A stretch of DNA of 26,810 nt from Clostridiales bacterium (GTDB lineage Bacteria > Bacillota > Clostridia > Peptostreptococcales > Anaerovoracaceae): the NCBI GenBank assembly GCA_012735285.1, contig JAAYHT010000093.1, positions 1-26,810 on the forward strand, read 5' to 3'. This document shows, in pieces, positions 1 through 6,025 of the stretch. A model generated the notes under the pieces. It did not search any database. It was not told the DNA's origin and was given only the letters and a program-made list of their open reading frames with translations. The stretch's first letter is position 1. Every line of letters begins with the position of its first letter. Both the position numbers and the translations under genes were made by a program.

Positions 1-43
1 CCATAATCCTTGCTAGTGTATATTCATAAAATTAATTGTTAAC

Positions 44-77
44 AAAAAAATACGAGAGGGTGCAGGCACCTTCTCGC
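44..77 (-). terminator. Intrinsic terminator ending the candidate sRNA and the abi transcript
   Basis: GC-rich stem GCGAGA(A)GGUG/CACC(C)UCUCGU with a 4-nt loop, followed by AU7. Confidence 0.75.
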
Positions 78-105
78 TAAAAACCACCATGGGTTTTTGT
101 TCTCC
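44..105 (-). ncRNA. Candidate small RNA downstream of the Abi_2/AbiF gene (putative RNA antitoxin); start site inferred
   Basis: The minus strand reads GGAGAACAAAAACC-CAUGGU-GGUUUUU-A-GCGAGA-A-GGUG-CCUG-CACC-C-UCUCGU-A-UUUUUUU. This gives a 7-bp hairpin (98-92/85-79), then a 10-bp hairpin with one A.C mismatch (77-52), then a U7 tract (50-44). It is preceded by TTGACC-N18-TATAAT. Confidence 0.6.
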
Positions 106-111
106 AAAACT

Positions 112-141
112 ATTATACACATAAACTATAAAAGTGGTCAA
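112..141 (-). promoter_or_regulatory. Sigma-A-type promoter embedded in the last codons of the abi gene
   Basis: -35 TTGACC at 141-136, 18-nt spacer, -10 TATAAT at 117-112. The -10 overlaps the natural stop codon (gtA-TAA-T). Confidence 0.65.
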
Positions 142-811
142 TGATTTTTTTGACAAAATCATAGTAAGATAAAAGAAGTTGATTTTTTTCAAAAAACTTC
201 TTATTAGCTATAAATTTACCGTCAATTAAGTTTTTTAATTCCCCCATGGTTTTTTATTTAATTTTTTTACTGGTGACCACATTATAAAATACAAACAGCG
301 TAACGACAAAATCGTGTATTACTGGATTTTTCATTTTTTTGTTTCTTGAATTCCTGGAAATACCATCGATCTTAGATACATAGTTTATTATCTCTTTGCT
401 TGGAGTAATTCTTTTGCTATAAGGTATTTTAAGGCTGTTAAGTAAACAATTATTATGGGCTGCTGCGTTTCTTAAAAAACGTACAGACCATAAATATTTT
501 TCCATTGATCCCTTAGTCTCATATTTATCATAATACATTTTGTATAATTTAGTAAAATCGGAAAAACTTAAGACTTCTACTATGTTCCATATAGCGAAAT
601 TATTTCGATATTTTACTATTAAATCGGAACAAGCAGAGTTCCGTTCTTTATTAATAATCTTGTTTCTAATGTAAGGTTTTATCTTAAAGTAGTAAGTATT
701 ATATGTTAGAAAATTTTTTGCTTCTTCCTCTTTAATAATATTAAACTGTATACCACTTTTATTTTTCATATAATCTATCTGTTCATCTATTATTAGCTAT
801 GCCTTTCTCAT
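113..811 (-). pseudogene. Abi_2/AbiF-family HEPN abortive-infection protein, disrupted
   Basis: GGGGG RBS, then ATG at 811: MRKA*LIIDEQIDYMKNKSGIQFN (TAG at 797-799). The HEPN R-x4-H motif is present (RNAAAH). A second stop (TAA 254-256) is followed in frame by KTMGELKNLIDGKFIANKKFFEKNQLLLSYYDFVKKIIDHFYSLCV* (TAA 113-115), which resembles the family C-terminus. The span is 233 codons against roughly 300 aa typical for the family (from memory). Confidence 0.8.
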
Positions 812-942
812 TTCTACCCCCAACGAAATCCGGTTTAAAACATTAGCGTTCTTAAAAATATTATATCAAATCATGACAAAAATTTACATAATAAACAATA
901 TTATGGTTGACCGTTCTGTTTCTAGTGGAATGGTTATAAAAC

Positions 943-971
943 TTGCAAATATCGAATATCGATAATATAAT
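943..971 (+). promoter_or_regulatory. Sigma-A promoter of the padR operon, with an operator palindrome in the spacer
   Basis: TTGCAA (943-948), 17-nt spacer, TATAAT (966-971). Inverted repeat TATCGA-ata-TCGATA at 950-964. Confidence 0.7.
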
Positions 972-1003
972 GTATGTAAAATATTAGGTATGGTGAAAAT
1001 AGG

Positions 1004-1330
1004 TTGGCTAGAGAAAAATTCCAAACATTAACCGAGCAAATGTTTTATACACTGCTGTGTTTTCGAAATGAATGCTGTGGTGTTGATGTAATGGAAAAAA
1101 CGAAAGAAATAACCCAAGGTAGAGTAAGTATTGGCCCAGGAACACTTTACAATTTAATTGATCAGTTTTTGGATGCGGGATTGATTCGTAAAGTAGGAGC
1201 AGAAGGACGTCGCATAAACTATATCCTCACGGAAACAGGGGAGAAAGCCCTATCGGAAGAATACGAGAGATTAAAAAAACAGATAGAAGATTACGAAAAT
1301 GTATTCGCATTGAGTCGGGAGGATGATTAA
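1004..1330 (+). CDS. PadR-family transcriptional regulator
   Basis: 108 aa with a TTG start. Winged-HTH motif IGPGTLYNLIDQFLDAGLI...GRRINYILTETG and a typical LTEQMFYTLL N-terminus. Confidence 0.9.
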   Translation: MAREKFQTLTEQMFYTLLCFRNECCGVDVMEKTKEITQGRVSIGPGTLYNLIDQFLDAGLIRKVGAEGRRINYILTETGEKALSEEYERLKKQIEDYENVFALSREDD

Positions 1331-2185
1331 ATGAATAGCTCTGATACAAAATATCGGCTGTTAATATCTCCATATCCAACGATATATGATTACAGAAGTA
1401 TCGAGGATAACTTAACTTCTATGGCGGCGAAGGGATGGAGAACTGAAAATGTAGACACATTTTTATGGAAATTCAAAAAAGCTGAGCCATCAAACAAGGA
1501 ATTTTCTGCCATATTTACTGGAAGTGAAAAAACAGAATTGCTTGAAGAACTCTGTGAAAAAGAAGGCTGGAAAAAAGAGTTCCAATGGAAACACATGCAA
1601 ATATTTTATGCCGATCAGGACGCTATTCCTCTAGAAACTGATGAAGCTGTTAAATTGGAAAATATCCATCGAAACATGAAACAAACCTTTATACCAAACT
1701 GGATCAAAATATTATTGTTCATGCTTGTTCTAGCTTTTATTAATGGAATGAAATACTTCAACAATTCTCCCTATAGCGATGGCCTTACTTTTTGGGCCTT
1801 TCTTATTGCTCTATATGGTGCGTTGATAGCTGGTATAACACTTCTAGGATATCTGTTGTGGTTGAAGGTTTCAAGGAAAAGAATATCTGAAGGAGGAGTA
1901 TGTGCTAAAGCCACACTGCAGCGTAAGATTATTAATATACTTTTAATCGGATTTTTGGCTCTTTGCATTGGCGGTTTGGCGGATGCAAATATACATTTTG
2001 GAAAAGGTATAGTATTATACATAGTTATTTATCTAATTTTAGTTCTTGCTGTAGTCTCAATTATAAATCAACTTTCTAAGCAAAAAGAAAGAAAAATATT
2101 ATTTGGCATAATTACCTTAGTTTTAATAATTGGATTAGTGGTTTTTATGAACATAATAGAAAAAATTCTTATCACATGGGTCTAA
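1331..2185 (+). CDS. DUF2812-like membrane protein
   Basis: N-terminal MAAKGW...EGW...MQIFY...PLETD pattern, then about 5 hydrophobic helices. The ATG directly follows the padR stop, and PadR-DUF2812 pairing is common in Firmicutes. Confidence 0.7.
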   Translation: MNSSDTKYRLLISPYPTIYDYRSIEDNLTSMAAKGWRTENVDTFLWKFKKAEPSNKEFSAIFTGSEKTELLEELCEKEGWKKEFQWKHMQIFYADQDAIPLETDEAVKLENIHRNMKQTFIPNWIKILLFMLVLAFINGMKYFNNSPYSDGLTFWAFLIALYGALIAGITLLGYLLWLKVSRKRISEGGVCAKATLQRKIINILLIGFLALCIGGLADANIHFGKGIVLYIVIYLILVLAVVSIINQLSKQKERKILFGIITLVLIIGLVVFMNIIEKILITWV

Positions 2186-2223
2186 TATACAATGAGGATT
2201 TCATGGTTACAATATAAAGATAA

Positions 2224-2254
2224 AAAGCCACGAAACATTGGAATTCGTGGCTTT
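2224..2254. terminator. Bidirectional terminator between the DUF2812 gene and tRNA-Lys
   Basis: Perfect 11-bp inverted repeat AAAGCCACGAA/TTCGTGGCTTT with a 9-nt loop, between two convergent transcripts. Confidence 0.8.
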
Positions 2255-2262
2255 AAGTTTTT

Positions 2263-2338
2263 TGGTACTCCGTCCGGGACTCGAACCCGGGACGCCCTGA
2301 TTAAGAGTCAGGTGCTCTTCCAGCTGAGCTAACGAAGC
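2263..2338 (-). tRNA. tRNA-Lys(CTT)
   Basis: 76 nt: GCTTCGT/ACGGAGT acceptor stem, D arm with TAGCTCAGCTGGAAGAGC, anticodon arm CCTGA-CTCTTAA-TCAGG, T loop GGTTCGAGTCC, encoded CCA. Confidence 0.97.
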
Positions 2339-2367
2339 ATACTAATTATATTTTTTAGGCAATAAGC

Positions 2368-2396
2368 ATTTTAGCATTACAATTAGCGCTTGTCAA
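2368..2396 (-). promoter_or_regulatory. Sigma-A promoter of tRNA-Lys
   Basis: TTGACA (2396-2391), 17-nt spacer, TGc-TAAAAT extended -10 (2373-2368). Confidence 0.8.
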
Positions 2397-2511
2397 CTCT
2401 TAAAAAAATACATAAATTACCAGGCTTAATATTTTCAAAGAATTCCTCTAATTACCGCTCATATATAATTTGGTTTAACAAAGAATAATGCAAGAGGAGG
2501 GATTTGAAAAA

Positions 2512-2655
2512 ATGACAAAAAACCGTTTCGAAAATGAAACAAGGAATACTCGCAATCAGGAAAGTAATCCTAATCAAAGAAACAAACAGAAGCAAGAAAA
2601 CCGACAGGAAAATAGGACAAAACAGACCAATAGGAACAATTGCAGTAACTGCTAA
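2512..2655 (+). CDS. Unannotated 47-aa N/Q/R/E-rich hydrophilic microprotein ending in CxxC
   Basis: Strong RBS GAGGAGG upstream. ATG...TAA encodes MTKNRFENETRNTRNQESNPNQRNKQKQENRQENRTKQTNRNNCSNC, followed by terminator-like hairpins. It falls below the ORF-track length cut-off. Confidence 0.7.
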   Translation: MTKNRFENETRNTRNQESNPNQRNKQKQENRQENRTKQTNRNNCSNC

Positions 2656-2680
2656 CTTCCTTTAGGGAAGTTTTGCAGAT

Positions 2681-2717
2681 AAGGCAGTATGTCAATTAGG
2701 GTTTGGCATACTGCCTT
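2681..2717. terminator. Long hairpin downstream of the microprotein gene
   Basis: 14-bp stem AAGGCAGTATGTCA/TGGCATACTGCCTT with one G.U pair and a 9-nt loop. There is no U tract after it on the + strand. Confidence 0.5.
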
Positions 2718-2747
2718 GACCATCGAAATTTCTCCATTACTATATAC

Positions 2748-2770
2748 GGACGGGGATCCCGTCCTTTTTT
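2748..2770 (+). terminator. Intrinsic terminator
   Basis: GGACGGG-gat-CCCGTCC followed by TTTTTT. Confidence 0.7.
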
Positions 2771-2850
2771 GTAATTGCTATATAATGCCGGTTATATTAT
2801 AATAATATGAAAGCTTTTTAAGTCTTGTGTAATTAATGGAGGACAGGTAG

Positions 2851-4347
2851 ATGTACTGCAAAGAATGTGGAAGCCCTCTAAAAAAAGGTGATAGGGTCTG
2901 TAAAATATGCGGGACCTCTATCGATTTAGTCGATGAAAATGTTGAAGATAAATCTACCGACGATAGTACTTCTAAAAAGGATGATTTTTCAGAATTTCAA
3001 TGGAATGTATACGACTTCCCTAAACCAAGAAAGACAGATGATTTAGATTTAGATTGGGGATTTGACGACAACAGGAAGAAAAATTCATCTTTAGAAAAAG
3101 ATGAATTAGATATTGATTTCAGCAGTGTAGAGAAATTTTTTACATTCCACAAGAAGAACGAGGAATTCCAGAAACTTCTTGATAAAGAATATGAGAGAAT
3201 AAAAAGAAATGAGGCCAGACAGGAAGAAATATTACATAGACCCACTTTTTCACTTGAAGACAGGAAAGAAGAGCTTGAAGAAGACCAAACAGTAATTGAA
3301 GAAGAATTAGTTGCAGAAGAAGTAGAAGAGGAAATAGAAGAAACAACTTTAGTAGAAGATGAAGATATAGAGGAAGAAAAAGAAGAAGAGCTAGTTAAAG
3401 TTGAAGAAGAAGATGAAGAAAAAGTACCGTTAATTTCAGATCTAGAAAAAGATGTAGTAGAAGATGTACCTGTAAAAGAAGAAACTGAAGAAAAAGACTT
3501 ATTCTTATTCGATATTGAACATGTAGAGGAAAAGAAGAAAAAGGGTGGCTTTAAAAGAGCCGTACTAATCATAGTAGTTATTATCCTAATAGCGGAAGTG
3601 CTTGCATTAGGGATTACATATTTTGCACCTGATACTTCTGCAGGTAAAAAAGTAGCAGAAATACAGGCGGCTATAGGGGGAGTATTTAGTAATATTAAAG
3701 ATGAGGTGACAGCCTTCTTTAACAAAGACGAATGTGAGATGACTTCAACAGATCCTATAGAAGAGCCTGAGGAGGAAGAAGAGCCAGAAGAAGTTGAAGA
3801 GCCTTTGGATCCAAAACCTAGTGAAGATAAAGATGCTTTGATTGAATCTCAGTTGTTTAATAATAAAAATATTAAAAATGTAAGGGCTAATGATCAACTT
3901 AAATACCAAGACGGCAAAGATTATGGTGTAGAAGACATTAACAAATCCAAACCTATTGAGAATAATATTTGGATGACAACAGAAAATGGAGAAACACTAT
4001 ATTATGACCAGGAAATTGTTGCAACACTGATATCTTTCGACTCACAGTGGGTAGATTATGTTCAAGGAGAAAGCGATCAGGTATTGGGTTTGGTTGAAGA
4101 GGGTAGTCAAGCCTATAAAAATGTGAGTACCTTCTCCAAGGTAGGCAAGGTAAGACAGGAATTTTTAACACTGGAAATAGGGGAACTAAGACAGGGTAAT
4201 AATGGCTTTTATGCCTGGACATATGAAAAGATAAAAGAATATGAGGGTAATAAGGTGAATGAAAAAGAATATTATTGGATATATCATCTTAAACCCGTAG
4301 ATAGAAAAATGAAAATTGCAAATTATCACAAGTATAGCTTAAAGTGA
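2851..4347 (+). CDS. Zinc-ribbon-domain single-pass membrane protein with a long acidic linker
   Basis: N-terminal CxxC-x10-CxxC (CKEC...CKIC), Glu-rich region, basic patch KKKKGGFKR, then a hydrophobic helix (AVLIIVVIILIAEVLALGITYF) and an extracytoplasmic C-terminal domain. RBS GGAGG. Confidence 0.8.
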   Translation: MYCKECGSPLKKGDRVCKICGTSIDLVDENVEDKSTDDSTSKKDDFSEFQWNVYDFPKPRKTDDLDLDWGFDDNRKKNSSLEKDELDIDFSSVEKFFTFHKKNEEFQKLLDKEYERIKRNEARQEEILHRPTFSLEDRKEELEEDQTVIEEELVAEEVEEEIEETTLVEDEDIEEEKEEELVKVEEEDEEKVPLISDLEKDVVEDVPVKEETEEKDLFLFDIEHVEEKKKKGGFKRAVLIIVVIILIAEVLALGITYFAPDTSAGKKVAEIQAAIGGVFSNIKDEVTAFFNKDECEMTSTDPIEEPEEEEEPEEVEEPLDPKPSEDKDALIESQLFNNKNIKNVRANDQLKYQDGKDYGVEDINKSKPIENNIWMTTENGETLYYDQEIVATLISFDSQWVDYVQGESDQVLGLVEEGSQAYKNVSTFSKVGKVRQEFLTLEIGELRQGNNGFYAWTYEKIKEYEGNKVNEKEYYWIYHLKPVDRKMKIANYHKYSLK

Positions 4348-4363
4348 TTATGGAGGTAATTGA

Positions 4364-6004
4364 ATGGCAACTAAGGCTAGATTTAATAGAGAAGAAATTA
4401 AGTTAAGCAGAGCATTTTCCCCTTCGAGAACTACTATTGAGACTGCTTTTTATGGTAATAATGTAGAAAAGGTTTTCGATTTAAAGAAAGCATATAAGAT
4501 AGCTCAAGAGAGCCCTGGTACTATAACGCTGGATATGCCTGTTTATGAACCAGAGAAAATAGGCCTTCCTAAGGATGCAAAGATATTGTTATTTAACGAT
4601 GGGGAAACCGTAGGTAGATTTGCAGGCGCAAGAGTTATATTAGGTGAAAAAGGTGTTGTTGAAAGTGATATAACTGCAATATTACGCGAGGCAGTTTACA
4701 AGACCAGATACAAGAAAATGCTTCATGCACAGGCCTATATAGGTCTTGATGAAGATTTTATTATAAACGCAAACCTACTTGTACCAGAAGGCTATGAGAA
4801 CACACTGTATAACTGGTTATTAAACTTCCAATACAAAAATGATTTTTACGATAAGATGTACGCTAATTCTGAAGTAATAGGGGATGAGCCCGATATATTT
4901 ATCCTATCAGATCCAGATTGGAAGGATGATAGATTTCCAAACGGTTTAGCTTACTTTGACCCCGAGCACAACTGTGCAGCATTATTAGGCCTTAGATATT
5001 TTGGTGAACATAAAAAAGGTACTTTGACTATTGCTTGGGGTATAGCAAATAGAAACGGATATGCTTCATGCCACGGTGGCCTAAAGCGCATGGTCAGAAG
5101 CGACGGTAAAAAATATGTAATGGGCTTTTTCGGATTATCAGGATAAGGAAAATCATCATTGACCCATGCTAAGCACGATGGTAAATACGATGTTACCATA
5201 TTGCATGACGATGCTTATATCATCTCAACAGTCGATGGCTCATCAGTTGCTTTAGAGCCTTCATATTTCGACAAGACACAGGACTACCCCCTTGTTTCTC
5301 CAGATAATAAGTACCTTGTAACCATGCAAAACTGCGGGGCTACAATTGATTCGGAAGGGAAATTGGTACCTGTAACCGAGGATATAAGAAATGGTAACGG
5401 TCGTGCAATTAAATCAAAGCTTTGGTCAGACAACCGTGTTGACAAATTGCAAGAACCCATAAATGCAATAGTGTGGCTTATGAAGGATCAGTCCTTACCA
5501 CCTGTTCTTAAGATAGAAAATCCGGTATTGGCATCTGTTCTGGGAGCTTGCCTTGCTACAAAACGTACAACTGCTGAGAAACTATTAAAGGGTACGGATG
5601 CAAATGCATTGGTATTTGAACCCTATGCCAATCCCTTCAGAACATATGCTTTGGAAGAGGATTATTATAAGTTCAAAGCCTTGTTTGAGGAAAGAAATGT
5701 AGATTGCTATATCTTGAATACAGGTCACTTCCTAGATAAAAAGATACCTAAGGAAGTTACTATAGGTATTATTGAAAACATTGTGGATGAGACCGCTGAA
5801 TTTAAAGATTTTGGCCATTTGAAGGATTTAAAAACCATGGATGTGGAAGGTTTTGTGCCCAACTTTAGTAACAGAGACTATGTAAAAATGTTAAAAGAAA
5901 GCATGGCCAACAGGATGGAATTCCTGGAGTCCTTAAAGGAACTCAAGGGAGGCAGGGACCAGCTTCCTGAGGAAGCAGAAGCTGCTTTGAAGAAGTTGTT
6001 GTAG
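4364..6004 (+). pseudogene. pckA: Phosphoenolpyruvate carboxykinase (ATP), single frame interrupted by TAA at 5144-5146 (real pseudogene or base error)
   Basis: Motifs YFGEHKKGTLT, CHGG, FFGLSG*GKSSLTH (Walker A), LHDDA, YFDKT and EPYANPFR. ORFs 4364..5146 and 5159..6004 are in the same frame, 546 codons plus stop. Confidence 0.85.
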
Positions 6005-6025
6005 GAATTAAGAAAGGGTGATTTT

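Noticed and set aside
1-11. Possible minus-strand ATG at 4 with AAGGA upstream
   Set aside because: The RBS spacing is only about 2 nt and the frame leaves the window; it cannot be supported.
141-202. Two short inverted repeats (ATGATTTT/AAAATCAT at 141-162 and AAGAAGTT/AACTTCTT at 173-202)
   Set aside because: 8-bp AT-rich stems inside the former coding sequence; no independent support.
243-255. AAAAAACCATGGG in the abi coding tail resembles, and is partly complementary to, the sRNA segment CCCAUGGU-GGUUUUU, suggesting guide-like pairing
   Set aside because: Only 8 contiguous pairs, driven by the self-complementary CCATGG and by A/U runs. Such a match is expected by chance in 700 nt, and the site simply encodes K-T-M-G.
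3270-3500. GAA-rich repetitive tract
   Set aside because: Explained by the poly-Glu linker; not a discrete tandem repeat or CRISPR array.
2997-3725. 242-aa Ser-rich minus-strand ORF (and the other antisense ORFs in the track)
   Set aside because: Shadows of real genes on the opposite strand. GAA-rich Glu codons read as Ser/Phe runs in reverse, and there are no RBS or family motifs.
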